DNA of 64,000 nucleotides from a bacterium CG10_46_32. Its GTDB lineage: Bacteria; Patescibacteriota; Patescibacteriia; UBA2169. The DNA lies in the NCBI GenBank assembly GCA_001889965.1, contig MOEI01000006.1, positions 17,494 through 81,493 on the forward strand. Direction: 5' to 3'. The translations under genes were made by a program, and so were the position numbers. Shown here piece after piece: positions 10,103 to 20,371 of the stretch. Under the pieces are notes generated by a model. That model made no database searches and was not told where the DNA came from. It saw nothing but the letters and a program-made list of their open reading frames with translations. Numbering within the stretch: position 1 is the stretch's first letter; every line of letters begins with the position of its first letter.

Positions 10103-10915
10103 ATGGAAAATAAAAAAATACCATGCAGCGTACAAGTGCTTACTTTAAATTCAGGCGAAACTCTTTTGACGTGTTTGAAAAGTGTAAGGGATTTTGCGGA
10201 AATTGTTATTTTGGACGGAAATAGCACGGATAATACTGTTGAAATCGCCAAGGGCTATAGGACTAAGATATATCCGCAGTTCGATTCAAATGAGTCAAAT
10301 ATCCGTATTACAGATTTTGCCGCGGTACGGAACCGTGGATTGAAGATTGCGACTTATGATTGGTGCTTGATTCTTGATAGTGATGAATATTTGTCTCCAC
10401 AAGCGGCAGATGAAATTCGAGAAATTGTTGCGCGCGGCAGAGAGAACGAATATTTTATTTATAATCTTCCTCGCAAGTATGTGCTTGAAGGTAAGGAGGT
10501 GGCGAGCCTTAAGCCCACCTATCAGTTACGATTTTTTTACCGTCCGGCAACACTTGGATTTAGCAAGCGCGTGCACGAACGCATTAAGCCAAAAGAAGGC
10601 TTTGGTGTTGGCACGCTTATGTATCCCGAGTTCGTGCCCTTGGAAGACATTAAAACTTTGCGGATCAAGTGGGCGCACTATTTGGACATTGAACAGGATA
10701 AAATGCGCGATATAACCTTTGGTATGTTTTTGATTAAGGTTCGGGCAAATGTAGTTAAGTTTTTAAAATATATGCTAAAGGCCGCTTATAACACAATGCG
10801 GCATCCTCGAGCTGGGGTTCCATTTAAGTATGAATTCTATAACGCGGTGTACCATTTGCAGATAATCCATCGGCTTTTTATTAATTTAATACACAATACG
10901 CTCAAGAGAAAGTAG
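10103..10915 (+). CDS. Glycosyltransferase family 2 (GT-A)
   Basis: N-terminal VLTLNSGETL...ILDGNSTDNT, with DSDE as the DXD motif. Confidence 0.7.
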   Translation: MENKKIPCSVQVLTLNSGETLLTCLKSVRDFAEIVILDGNSTDNTVEIAKGYRTKIYPQFDSNESNIRITDFAAVRNRGLKIATYDWCLILDSDEYLSPQAADEIREIVARGRENEYFIYNLPRKYVLEGKEVASLKPTYQLRFFYRPATLGFSKRVHERIKPKEGFGVGTLMYPEFVPLEDIKTLRIKWAHYLDIEQDKMRDITFGMFLIKVRANVVKFLKYMLKAAYNTMRHPRAGVPFKYEFYNAVYHLQIIHRLFINLIHNTLKRK

Positions 10916-10928
10916 TACAAATAAAATT

Positions 10929-11888
10929 ATGAATAGCACCAATACATCAACAGATTTAACAGCACTAGAACACTCCAAAGCTATGTATCTTGCTTTTGAA
11001 AATCCTATAACAAAATTTTTCAAAAACTTTCTGCGTGAAAACGCTTTGTTGCGAAAATACCCAAGTTTTTTGTTGCAGTATAAATTTATGGCGTTTTTTC
11101 ATCACATGCTGTTTCCTTTTATGTATATTAAAAAAGGCGACACATGCGTGCAAGTAGGGTGCGCGGAGTGGATGCTTGATTTTGGAGTTTCCATGCCATT
11201 AATAATGTCGGCTATTGTTGGTGAGAGAGGCAGAGTGATTGTGGTTGAGCCGGACCAGCGGAATATCGAGGCACTGCGCTCGTACATGAAAAAAAACTAC
11301 ATACACAACATCACTATTGTTCCAAAAGCGGCATGGAGAGAAAAAACAACCAATCAATTTACCTTTTACGAAGACCGTTCCAGCACGAACATCATTACCG
11401 AGGTGGAGGAATCCGTGCCATGGAAAAACGATCCACAGTACCAAGGCCGCAAAAAGCGTATTGAAACCATTGAAATGGATACCATTGATAATATCATTCA
11501 AGAACTCGGCATTACACCTGATTTTGTGAATTTAACCATTAATTCCGCTGAATTTGATGTTATACATGGAATGACGGAGGTTATCCGGAAAGGTGTTATA
11601 GTGGCATGGCTCTTTGGGGATCGACCGTGGTGGCGGGAGGCGATTGATTATTTTAGAGTCAAGAACTACAGCATTATCGCCTGCGATTCCGCATATTCCC
11701 ACCGCGCTCCCACGGTTAATGGACGGGTGAGGATGTATTCGCATAAAGAGATCAGTGGCTTGTTTGATATCATGCATGCTGTTGCCATGCCGAGCGTTGG
11801 TAGGGTTCCTGACCATAGGGAATTTCCGGCAATATTGTACAAACGTAAGGATTTTGACTTTTTTGTGCAAAAAATTGACACCTTTTGA
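10929..11888 (+). CDS. FkbM-family methyltransferase (putative sugar O-methyltransferase)
   Basis: VQVGCAEW and VVVEPDQRNIEALR resemble FkbM domain motifs. Confidence 0.5.
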   Translation: MNSTNTSTDLTALEHSKAMYLAFENPITKFFKNFLRENALLRKYPSFLLQYKFMAFFHHMLFPFMYIKKGDTCVQVGCAEWMLDFGVSMPLIMSAIVGERGRVIVVEPDQRNIEALRSYMKKNYIHNITIVPKAAWREKTTNQFTFYEDRSSTNIITEVEESVPWKNDPQYQGRKKRIETIEMDTIDNIIQELGITPDFVNLTINSAEFDVIHGMTEVIRKGVIVAWLFGDRPWWREAIDYFRVKNYSIIACDSAYSHRAPTVNGRVRMYSHKEISGLFDIMHAVAMPSVGRVPDHREFPAILYKRKDFDFFVQKIDTF

Positions 11889-11913
11889 CACTTTCTGACA
11901 CTTTTGCTATAGT
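11885..11913 (+). promoter_or_regulatory. Sigma70-type promoter: -35 TTGACA (11885-11890), 17-bp spacer, -10 TATAGT (11908-11913)
   Basis: Both hexamers are read directly from the sequence. The -35 overlaps the upstream stop codon, and the ATG of the HTH gene lies 27 nt downstream of the -10. Confidence 0.6.
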
Positions 11914-11939
11914 AAAGGCATATTATAACTTATCCACAT

Positions 11940-12194
11940 ATGCCTCAAGAAATCAAGGAAAATGCGGTTTATACGACGCATGAAGCACAAGATTTGCTTA
12001 AAATTAGCGATAGTACGGTAAAACGGCTCTTAAAGCGGGGAGTTTTGCGCGCAAATAAGGTTGGGGGTCAGTACCGGATTTTAGGCAAGGAGATATTAAG
12101 GATTATCTCCCCAGAGCTGGAAAAACAGTCAGAAGATGTATACTTAAAAATCAAAAAGCGGGCGGTTGATGTTATCAATAAATGGCCGCAATAA
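11940..12194 (+). CDS. Excisionase-family / MerR-like helix-turn-helix DNA-binding protein
   Basis: 84 aa. YTTHEAQDLLKISDSTVKRLLKRGVLRANKVGGQYRI matches the excisionase-type HTH (TIGR01764-like) pattern. Confidence 0.6.
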   Translation: MPQEIKENAVYTTHEAQDLLKISDSTVKRLLKRGVLRANKVGGQYRILGKEILRIISPELEKQSEDVYLKIKKRAVDVINKWPQ

Positions 12195-12195
12195 T

Positions 12196-13356
12196 ATGCG
12201 TCTGCTTTACATTACTAACGCAAGAATGCCCACTGAAAAAGCGCATGGTTGGCAGATTGTAAAGATGTGCGAGGCATTTGCCAAAGCAGGTGCATATGTT
12301 GAGTTGTTTGTGCCTAAGCGGCGCAATCATATTAAAGAAGACGCGTTTTCCTACTACGGAATTGAAAAAAGATTCAATATACAGTACCTACCGTGCCTTG
12401 ATTTGGTCAGATTCGGAAAGTTGGGTTTTTACGTTCAGGTTTTTACGTTCACCGTATCGGCAGTCTTGGTTTCGCTGTTTAAAAAATCAGATGCAATCTA
12501 CTCCCGTGATGAAGTATTTTCCTGGGCGGAAAGCTTTTTCCGGAAGAACGTTTTTTACGAAATGCATGATTATCCGCGGAGCCATGGTTGGCTCTATAAG
12601 GGGCTGTTTAAAAGGGTTGCAAAGATCGTTTCAACGAACCAGATAAAAAAGAATCAATTAATGAAAGAGTTTGGTGTTCCTGAAGAAAAGATCATTGTTG
12701 CATCAAACGGGATTGATCTTGCTAACTTTACACCGGCATCAAAAGAGAGTTTGAGAAATAAATTTCCATTTCAGACCGCTACTATTCCTCAACATAAAAA
12801 GATTGTTAGTTATATTGGAAATAAAACATTTGGTCAACCTAAAGGTGAGGCTCGTCTGGTTGAGGCTTTTTCTCAATTATCTAAAAAACGAGACGACATT
12901 TTTTTCTTACTGACTGTCATTAATCACCGCGAATTTAAAGAGGTTGAAAGTATTTTTCAGAAGCATAGTGTCCCGCATTCGTCATATTGGATTCAAGCTC
13001 ATGCTCCTCGTCCGGTGGCCCATATGCTAATGCAATTATCTGATGTTCTAGTTATGAATTATCCAAATACAGAGCATTATGCACAGTTTATGAGTCCAAT
13101 CAAAATGTTTGAATACATGGCAAGCGGTACGCCGATTGTATCGTCCGATTTGCCGAGTATTCGCGAGGTGTTGAATGAAAATAATGCGGTATTGGTTGAG
13201 CCAGGTAATACGGAAGCTCTGGCAGCGGGTATCAACAAAGTGTTAAACGATGAAGCATTTGCAAAAAGGATTGCAGCACAAGCACAGGAAGATGTAAAAA
13301 AATATGGTTGGAACAAGCGGGCGAAAGCGTTGATTAGTATGATGCACGCGATATGA
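12196..13356 (+). CDS. Glycosyltransferase family 1 (GT4)
   Basis: N-terminal MRLLYITNARMPTEKAHGW and C-terminal EYMASGTPIVSSDLPSIREV. I chose the ATG at 12196, immediately after the upstream stop. Confidence 0.75.
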   Translation: MRLLYITNARMPTEKAHGWQIVKMCEAFAKAGAYVELFVPKRRNHIKEDAFSYYGIEKRFNIQYLPCLDLVRFGKLGFYVQVFTFTVSAVLVSLFKKSDAIYSRDEVFSWAESFFRKNVFYEMHDYPRSHGWLYKGLFKRVAKIVSTNQIKKNQLMKEFGVPEEKIIVASNGIDLANFTPASKESLRNKFPFQTATIPQHKKIVSYIGNKTFGQPKGEARLVEAFSQLSKKRDDIFFLLTVINHREFKEVESIFQKHSVPHSSYWIQAHAPRPVAHMLMQLSDVLVMNYPNTEHYAQFMSPIKMFEYMASGTPIVSSDLPSIREVLNENNAVLVEPGNTEALAAGINKVLNDEAFAKRIAAQAQEDVKKYGWNKRAKALISMMHAI

Positions 13357-14117
13357 AATACGCTTTAGTAAATATAATCTCTACATTACTTGATGTTCTT
13401 TTTTTTCAAAAGCGTTTGTCGGGTATTCCAGTGCTTATGTATCACGCAATCGGGGATGCTGATTCAAAGGTATATATCCCTGTAAAGGCCTTTAAAGAAC
13501 AGATGGAATTTTTGGCAAAGCAGGGGTATCACAGCATGTTGCCGAATGCACTTGAGAATGTTGCGCCACGGGAAAAGTTTTTTTTAATCACGTTTGACGA
13601 TGGATTCAAATCAGTACGCGACGTTGCACTTCCTATTCTTGAGCAGTACGGATTCAAAGCCACGGTGTTCGTCACAACAGATTATATTGGTAAAACAAGC
13701 GAATACGCGAAATCAGAATCAGATAAACAGTTCGGACTTATGGATGAAAACGATCTACAGATGCTTGCGGAATCTGGGTGGTGCGTTGCGAACCATTTTG
13801 CATCCCATAAAAATCTTACCGAGCTTTCGATGGATGGCGTTCTGGGAGAATATAAAAAAGCATGTGCAGTACTCGAAGCAATGGGGCTTGGTAAGGATAA
13901 GAATATTGTTGCATACCCATTTAATCGGCACAGTCAACATGTTGTAGACGTGTTAAAAAAAGCAGGCGCAGCCATGGGATTCAATGGCAACAATCAGCTT
14001 CATTCTGCATCAGAACATCCGCTCGTAATTTCGCGCATTGAAGCCGATGGGAATATCGTAAAGTTTAAACTTAATTTTTCACCTTCATTCAATCGCATCA
14101 AACAGTATGTCCGATAA
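13353..14117 (+). CDS. Polysaccharide deacetylase (NodB homology domain)
   Basis: FLITFDDGFKSV motif. His-containing motifs lie downstream. Confidence 0.7.
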   Translation: MKYALVNIISTLLDVLFFQKRLSGIPVLMYHAIGDADSKVYIPVKAFKEQMEFLAKQGYHSMLPNALENVAPREKFFLITFDDGFKSVRDVALPILEQYGFKATVFVTTDYIGKTSEYAKSESDKQFGLMDENDLQMLAESGWCVANHFASHKNLTELSMDGVLGEYKKACAVLEAMGLGKDKNIVAYPFNRHSQHVVDVLKKAGAAMGFNGNNQLHSASEHPLVISRIEADGNIVKFKLNFSPSFNRIKQYVR

Positions 14118-14730
14118 CCAGAAAAACAAGTACTACGACTTTCTCTACGAACCCTTGCCAAGGTGGTCGAGTTACTGGTACCAGATACATGAGGTGCTCT
14201 CACGCAATCCGAAGACGGTTTTGGAAGTGGGTGTGGGAAACCATGTGGTAACAGAGTATTTAAAACATGCCGGAGTTTCTGTAACCACGCTGGATGTAGA
14301 AAAAAAGCTCGCGCCGGATGTGGTCGCGTCGGTCACCGCCATACCCCTTGCGGACGCAAGCCATGATGTGGTTCTTGCAGCCGAAGTTCTAGAGCATCTT
14401 CCGTTCGAAGATTTTTCAAAAGCGCTTGCAGAAATCAATCGCGTCACAAAACAGCATGCCGTTATTTCTTTGCCACACTGGGGGTCAGTCATTGCTGGCA
14501 CGCTTAAAGTTCCAATGTTTCCGTGGCTGCGGTTTGTGTGGAAACTTAAGGGGTTTAAGCGCCATATACTGTCCCAAAATGGGCACTATTGGGAAATCGG
14601 AAAAGCCGGATATCCGCTCGGCCGCGTCAAGCGTGAAATGCACAAAGCAGGTTTTGAAATCATTAAAGATTATGTCATTATAGAGTATCCGTACCACCAC
14701 TTTTTTATTTTAAAGAAGCAAGCAGTATGA
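14107..14730 (+). CDS. Class I SAM-dependent methyltransferase
   Basis: VLEVGVGNHVV as motif I and LAAEVLEHLP as motif II/III. Confidence 0.65.
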   Translation: MSDNQKNKYYDFLYEPLPRWSSYWYQIHEVLSRNPKTVLEVGVGNHVVTEYLKHAGVSVTTLDVEKKLAPDVVASVTAIPLADASHDVVLAAEVLEHLPFEDFSKALAEINRVTKQHAVISLPHWGSVIAGTLKVPMFPWLRFVWKLKGFKRHILSQNGHYWEIGKAGYPLGRVKREMHKAGFEIIKDYVIIEYPYHHFFILKKQAV

Positions 14731-16379
14731 ACATAGTAGGTATCAATCAAATTCCAGGCATGCTCTCTTGGACGCACGACAGCTCTTCTGCGCTTGTTGC
14801 GAATGGGAAGATTGTGGCAGCCGCAGAAGAAGAGCGGTTCAGCCGCTTGCGTCACCACAGGGGGTATCCACACCAGTCGTCTGCGTTTTGCCTTACACAA
14901 GGCAAGATTAATCTTAAAGATGTGGATTATATCGGGGTTCCGTACAATCCGTACGCATTTTTAAAGCATCCAAACTTACGACTAGAATCAATCGCCCGTA
15001 ATTTGTTTAATATGGCTGCGTGCTGGCACTATGCGCGGCGTATGCGCAAAGAGGCGGGGGCAAGGACTATATTTGTTCCTCATCATGTAGCCCATGCCGC
15101 AAGCGCATTTTATGGCTCTGGTTTTGAAAAGGCGAATATTTTAACAGTGGATGGATCTGGAGAAACCGAGAGTTTTGCGTTTTTTGTGGGTGATTCAAAC
15201 GGCATTCGTCGAGTATGGGATATTCCGCTTTCTGGATTCTTTAGTGGTGGCAAGTGGCGTTCAATTGGGCTTATTTATACTAGCGTTACTTCACTTTTGA
15301 ATCTTGGGGTAAATGGAGAAGGAAAAACTATGGGCTTAGCAAGCTATGGTAAGCCTGAGTATGATTTTTCAGACATCCTCAATATTCAATCTCATACCAA
15401 CTACCGCATTGACCGAAGGCGGCTGCTTGAGCGGTATGGGCATTTGCAACGCAAAGAAAGTGAGTCGCTCACACAAGAGCATAAGAATCTTGCCGCAAGC
15501 TTGCAGCACGCTTTGGAGCGCTCCATTGTTAATCTCGCACATGAAGCGTTTCAGTATAACGGCATTAAAAACTTTTGTTTGGCCGGAGGTGTTACGTTGA
15601 ATTGCAATACGAACAGTGAAATATTAAAACAGGATTTCTGCGATGCGCTTTTTATTCAGCCCGCGGCAAACGACGGCGGCATCGCGTTGGGCGCGGCGCT
15701 CGAGGTTGCGGCGCGCAAGGGAGAGCCTGCGACAGATGCGCTTGAAAACGCATATCTAGGTCCGGAATTTTCCAACGAAGCAATTGAAGCGGTATTGAGC
15801 GGAGCAAAGGTCAAGTATCACAAGGAGGATACTATTGCCCAGGCGGCGGCTCGCCTCATTAACGAAGGCAAGATTGTGGCCTGGTTCCAAGGCAGGATGG
15901 AAATGGGTCCGCGCGCTTTAGGCAACCGCTCTATTCTTGCGGATCCATCCGTTCTAGGAATGGATGAGAAAATTAATACATTTGTAAAACATCGAGAATC
16001 ATGGCGGCCGTTTGCACCTTCGGTTATCGAAGAAGCTGCGCCTACGTATTTTGAAGGCGTGGAAAAAGCAAGCAAGAAGAGCCCCTACATGCTGCACACA
16101 TTTTACGTTAAAGAAGAATACAGCAGCGCATTTCCAGCGATTACGCATGTGGATGGCTCCAGCCGCATCCAGACTGTACGCAGGGACCAGAACGAACGGT
16201 ATTATGATTTGCTCAAAGCGCTTGAAGCAATCAATGGGCATCCTATGGTGCTTAACACGTCCTTTAATGATAAGGGTGAGCCAATTGTATGCACGCCCCA
16301 GGATGCGTTGCGATGTTTTTTTGCGACTGGTATGGATGCGCTTGCTATTGGAGATTTTATCGTAGAAAAATCATCATAA
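14727..16379 (+). CDS. Carbamoyltransferase (NodU/CmcH/NovN family), probable sugar O-carbamoyltransferase
   Basis: N-terminal IVGINQ...HDSSSALVANGKIVAAAEEERFSRLRHH and the C-terminal YrdC-like half. Length is 550 aa. Confidence 0.8.
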   Translation: MNIVGINQIPGMLSWTHDSSSALVANGKIVAAAEEERFSRLRHHRGYPHQSSAFCLTQGKINLKDVDYIGVPYNPYAFLKHPNLRLESIARNLFNMAACWHYARRMRKEAGARTIFVPHHVAHAASAFYGSGFEKANILTVDGSGETESFAFFVGDSNGIRRVWDIPLSGFFSGGKWRSIGLIYTSVTSLLNLGVNGEGKTMGLASYGKPEYDFSDILNIQSHTNYRIDRRRLLERYGHLQRKESESLTQEHKNLAASLQHALERSIVNLAHEAFQYNGIKNFCLAGGVTLNCNTNSEILKQDFCDALFIQPAANDGGIALGAALEVAARKGEPATDALENAYLGPEFSNEAIEAVLSGAKVKYHKEDTIAQAAARLINEGKIVAWFQGRMEMGPRALGNRSILADPSVLGMDEKINTFVKHRESWRPFAPSVIEEAAPTYFEGVEKASKKSPYMLHTFYVKEEYSSAFPAITHVDGSSRIQTVRRDQNERYYDLLKALEAINGHPMVLNTSFNDKGEPIVCTPQDALRCFFATGMDALAIGDFIVEKSS

Positions 16380-16385
16380 TTATAT

Positions 16386-17132
16386 ATGTCTTCACCTACA
16401 GCATCAAACCAAGAAATTAAGGAATTGTATGAGCGTTCCATCGCGGAAAAATATCAGAACGATTACGAGTTTCGCCGTTGGTTTTTAACTGACCGGTTGC
16501 GTTTGGATTATTTTATGACGCGCACTGCCATTGCGCACCATTTGCAAGGGGTCATGTTTTCTTCGTGTCTTGAGTTTGGGCCGGGTTCGGGCATTTTTAC
16601 GGCAACCGCGTATCGCCGTAACCCAAGCGCGCGTTTTGACCTCATCGATATTTCTGAGGCAATGAAAAAACAGTTTGTACTGGAAATGCGTCCTATTCCT
16701 AATGTGAGTTATATGATTGGGGATATTATGGAGCACGATTTTGGAGACAGCACCTATGATTTGTTTTACAGCGTGCGCGCGGTTGAGTATGTGGACGACC
16801 AAGAAGGATTTTTTAAGAAGGTGCATGGATTGCTCAATGCAGGAGGCCATGGAGTTATTGTAACCAAGAACCCTCATTACGGATCTGCGGAGCGGGGTGA
16901 GAGTACGCGGAGTCAGCATCGCGGCAAATTGGGGGTTAATCAAACAGAGCAGCTTTTGGCTGAGGTCGGCTTTAAGAATATCCAGATCTATCCGGTTATT
17001 ATCCGTTTGCCAATTATTGAGCGGCTCACGCTTCGGTTTACAGAAAAGTATTTCCAGCGCGCGTACCAAAAGCCGTTTAACAAAAATATGTCGCGATTTG
17101 TGGAAAGTTATATTGTCATTTTTGAGAAATAG
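16386..17132 (+). CDS. Class I SAM-dependent methyltransferase
   Basis: LEFGPGSGIFT as motif I. Confidence 0.65.
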   Translation: MSSPTASNQEIKELYERSIAEKYQNDYEFRRWFLTDRLRLDYFMTRTAIAHHLQGVMFSSCLEFGPGSGIFTATAYRRNPSARFDLIDISEAMKKQFVLEMRPIPNVSYMIGDIMEHDFGDSTYDLFYSVRAVEYVDDQEGFFKKVHGLLNAGGHGVIVTKNPHYGSAERGESTRSQHRGKLGVNQTEQLLAEVGFKNIQIYPVIIRLPIIERLTLRFTEKYFQRAYQKPFNKNMSRFVESYIVIFEK

Positions 17133-17133
17133 T

Positions 17134-17709
17134 ATGATACACGAATTTATTGGCCTTCCTGGGGCCGGAAAAAGTTATATGGCGAATCAGATTGCACAAT
17201 CTAAAGGAATTGTAGGAGTTGAGATCAAAAACACTAAAGAACGTTTGGCGCGCTCGTTGTTGTTTTTTATTAGCCATCCTTTTTTTTCGGCACGGCTGTT
17301 GGCGATATTTATACAAGAGAATTATAAAAATTCAAAACTGCTTAAACATAAGTTTGCCACCATTGTGTTAGAAATTATGGCACGCGAACAAAAGGTGAAA
17401 CAAGGGGAGATGATTGAAACAGGATTTTTTCAGCTTTTGCTTTCGATCTACGAAAGAGAAATCAGCGAAAAAGATGTTGCCTCTCTATTTTACTGGCTCA
17501 AAAAGCGGGATTACATGGTATATATTGTTGAAGCGAGTAGGGAAATCCGTGAAAAACGCATACAAGAACGAGGCCGCATTCCGCGCGGTGGAGTGGTTAC
17601 AGATACTTCTAAGCTTGTGGCATGGTTTGGACTGTTGGAGCATAATTTTGAAACCGTCAAACAAGGAATTATAAAAGATTTTTTATATGAACGTATTCAA
17701 AACAATTAA
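17134..17709 (+). CDS. P-loop NTPase, function unknown (small kinase- or ATPase-like)
   Basis: Walker A GLPGAGKSY at the N-terminus of about 191 aa. I chose the ATG at 17134. Confidence 0.45.
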   Translation: MIHEFIGLPGAGKSYMANQIAQSKGIVGVEIKNTKERLARSLLFFISHPFFSARLLAIFIQENYKNSKLLKHKFATIVLEIMAREQKVKQGEMIETGFFQLLLSIYEREISEKDVASLFYWLKKRDYMVYIVEASREIREKRIQERGRIPRGGVVTDTSKLVAWFGLLEHNFETVKQGIIKDFLYERIQNN

Positions 17710-20362
17710 ACATTTGGTATGGCGCAGGGCGTTTTGGGTGGCGCTTTTTGTAGTGATGGTCGCGGTGAATGCCGTGCTGGTGCTTGCGTATATGAGTAAC
17801 AATCGCAATCAACTGATTTACAGCCCCATAGCCAAAGCCGGATTGCCATTCTATCGTTCGGCGCGGGAAGTGATTAATGCAGCCATCGACAGCACCTATG
17901 TGTTTGCCATGCGCAGGGACGTAGGGATTCCGCAGTACCGTTTAGAGATTGCAACCGATGATTTGCGCAAACTCAACAATGCACTCCCCAGCTCGCTTGA
18001 TAACGAGGTGATTGCAGGTAGCATCCTTTTTGACGAGGCTTTAAAAGATACAGTTAAAGGGGTATTGCATTATGGAGACAAAGCCTATGATGTAAAAGTG
18101 CGTTACCGTGGATTAAATCCAAACCATTGGACTCGCCCAAAAAAATCCTGGCAGATTAAATTTAACAAAGACACGCCGTTCCAAGGAATCCGCACGCTTA
18201 AACTTATTATTCCGGTTGACCGCGGGTACTTTGCCGAGGCTCTCAACAACTACCGCGCCAAAAAATTAGGCTTATCCTACCCTGCCGCGGAGTTTGTCCA
18301 GCTGTATGTAAATAATAATTACCAGGGCGTATATTTTAGCGTGGAAGATTTTTCCGCTGCGTTTTTGGAGCGCAGCCAACTTCCGCCGGACGCGAATATC
18401 TACGCGACCGACGAGCCGCTTAGTACGGACCAAGAGGACGCAATAGCGTATGACAGTGTTTCGTTCTGGAACAAGCAGACGAGTGACACACTGTTTAATT
18501 TTGATAATTTTTCAGAATTGGATTTTTTATTGAGCCGCATGCAGCAAGATAATTTTGCAGATGTTGCGCCGGATATTATTGACATGGACAATTTTTATAG
18601 CTGGAACATAGTGGCGCTTTTGGCAGGGAGTAACCATCAGAGCGACTGGGGAAACATGCGTCTGTATTTTAATAATGTAAAAGGAAAATTTGAATTTATC
18701 CCTTGGGACGTGGGGCTCAAAAATACCATGCCGGATCAATTAGCCAATGAGCTCACAGAGAAACTCCTTTCCAATCCCACATTCTACCAGGAACGAAATC
18801 GCCGGTTATGGGAATATGTAAGCAACGAAAAAAATTTGCAGGATGATGTAACGTACTATGACGGATTATACAACCAGCTTAAAGGCGCTTTTTATAGTGA
18901 TTTTAAAAAGCATGAGAACAATCACACGTTTAACGGGCGCGTTGTAGAAATCCGAAACCAGTATGCGGGATTGTTTGGTACGCTCAAAGGATTGTTTGGA
19001 GAAGATATTATTAATCTGACAGTGCGGCATGATGCATCTAAAAAAATACTCGCGCTTTCGTTTGAGGTGGATAGTTTTGCGGGAGTGACTCTTGCGGGCA
19101 TAACCCTTCCCCAAGGATCGCAACTGGTTTCCAATACGGGCCAATACCTGTTTCGACCGAATGAAGATGTTGCAATAACATATTCCGGTGTCCCCATTGG
19201 CGATATTTCCAGTATTATATTCAATCTTATACATGCAGTGACTGGCGAGCCGGTTGGTATCGGTTCTATCCGGTTTATCGACAACTCTACCTTTGCCAAG
19301 TTTGACGATGTGCGCGCCTCTGCGGAATCATTTGTCGCTGCGCATGCGCAGTTTAGGCTGGAGAATAATGAGATTATACTACCTTCTGGAATACATGTTT
19401 TTTTGGAGGACATAGTAGCTCCCAAAGATGTTTTAGTCAGCATCCAACCTGGCACAACCATTTATTTTGCTCCTGGAGTTTCGTTTGTTTCGTATAGTCC
19501 GATTGAGGCGCTGGGAACAGCGGGTAGGCCCATTGTGCTCCGCCGACTTAATCCAAATGAGCCATGGGGAAGTTTCGCAATATTGAACGCTGGGTCAAAT
19601 AAGAGCACAATTGAGTACTTGGATGCTGATGGTGGAGGAAGTGACTACATCAACGGATCGTTTATAAGCGGCATGGTATCTGTATATTATTCGGATATCG
19701 AAGCGCGCAATCTCACCATTTCTCGGTCAGCAAGCGACGATGGCATGAATCTTAAATATTCAAAAGTTTTGGTTATGCAGAGCACCTTTAATAATAATTC
19801 CGCAGACGGATTAGACGGAGATTATATTTCCGGTACTATTGATGGAAGTGTATTTTTAGATAATGGTAATGATGGTATTGATTTAAGCGGCTCACGCATC
19901 ATGATAAGCAATAATCGCCTTGCTGGTTCCGGCGACAAATGCGTCAGCATCGGCGAAGGCACGAATAACACAGTTATTTTTAATACCATACTGGATGGTT
20001 GCCATATTGGCGTGCAGGCAAAGGATGGATCCTATCCGGCAGTCATCAATTCCATTATCATCAATAATGATATCGGTATTGATACATACCGCAAGAAAGA
20101 GTTGTATATAACCGGCGGGCATATAGTAGTGAGCAATTCCATTATTCGCGGCAATGCAGAGGCTGTGCACCAGGATGAATTTTCGGATATTGCGGTTTCT
20201 TTTTCCAATATTCAAGGCGCATATTCCGGCGAAGGAAATTTTGATGAAGATAAAAATTATTTTTTGGTTCAAGATATTGGCAAGGGAGACACACATACAG
20301 TTATCCAGTATGCGGGTATTAATGTAGAGCAGGCGCCGGTTGGTTTGTTTGAAGCATTTTAA
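17687..20362 (+). CDS. CotH-kinase-family protein with N-terminal TM anchor and C-terminal right-handed beta-helix (pectin-lyase-like) repeats
   Basis: CotH core VKVRYRGLNPNHWTRPKKSWQIKFNK...LKLI...LYVNNNYQGVYFSVEDFSAAFLER. C-terminal repeated N/G/D/I-rich beta-helix turns (NNRLAGSGDKCVSIGEGTNNTVIFNTILDGCHIGV...). Confidence 0.7.
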   Translation: MNVFKTIKHLVWRRAFWVALFVVMVAVNAVLVLAYMSNNRNQLIYSPIAKAGLPFYRSAREVINAAIDSTYVFAMRRDVGIPQYRLEIATDDLRKLNNALPSSLDNEVIAGSILFDEALKDTVKGVLHYGDKAYDVKVRYRGLNPNHWTRPKKSWQIKFNKDTPFQGIRTLKLIIPVDRGYFAEALNNYRAKKLGLSYPAAEFVQLYVNNNYQGVYFSVEDFSAAFLERSQLPPDANIYATDEPLSTDQEDAIAYDSVSFWNKQTSDTLFNFDNFSELDFLLSRMQQDNFADVAPDIIDMDNFYSWNIVALLAGSNHQSDWGNMRLYFNNVKGKFEFIPWDVGLKNTMPDQLANELTEKLLSNPTFYQERNRRLWEYVSNEKNLQDDVTYYDGLYNQLKGAFYSDFKKHENNHTFNGRVVEIRNQYAGLFGTLKGLFGEDIINLTVRHDASKKILALSFEVDSFAGVTLAGITLPQGSQLVSNTGQYLFRPNEDVAITYSGVPIGDISSIIFNLIHAVTGEPVGIGSIRFIDNSTFAKFDDVRASAESFVAAHAQFRLENNEIILPSGIHVFLEDIVAPKDVLVSIQPGTTIYFAPGVSFVSYSPIEALGTAGRPIVLRRLNPNEPWGSFAILNAGSNKSTIEYLDADGGGSDYINGSFISGMVSVYYSDIEARNLTISRSASDDGMNLKYSKVLVMQSTFNNNSADGLDGDYISGTIDGSVFLDNGNDGIDLSGSRIMISNNRLAGSGDKCVSIGEGTNNTVIFNTILDGCHIGVQAKDGSYPAVINSIIINNDIGIDTYRKKELYITGGHIVVSNSIIRGNAEAVHQDEFSDIAVSFSNIQGAYSGEGNFDEDKNYFLVQDIGKGDTHTVIQYAGINVEQAPVGLFEAF

Positions 20363-20371
20363 ATAGAAGAC

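Noticed and set aside
11940-12194. Excisionase-like HTH as evidence of an integrated prophage or mobile element
   Set aside because: No integrase, transposase, att-like direct repeats or tRNA target are visible anywhere in the 64 kb. I kept it as a regulator hypothesis instead.
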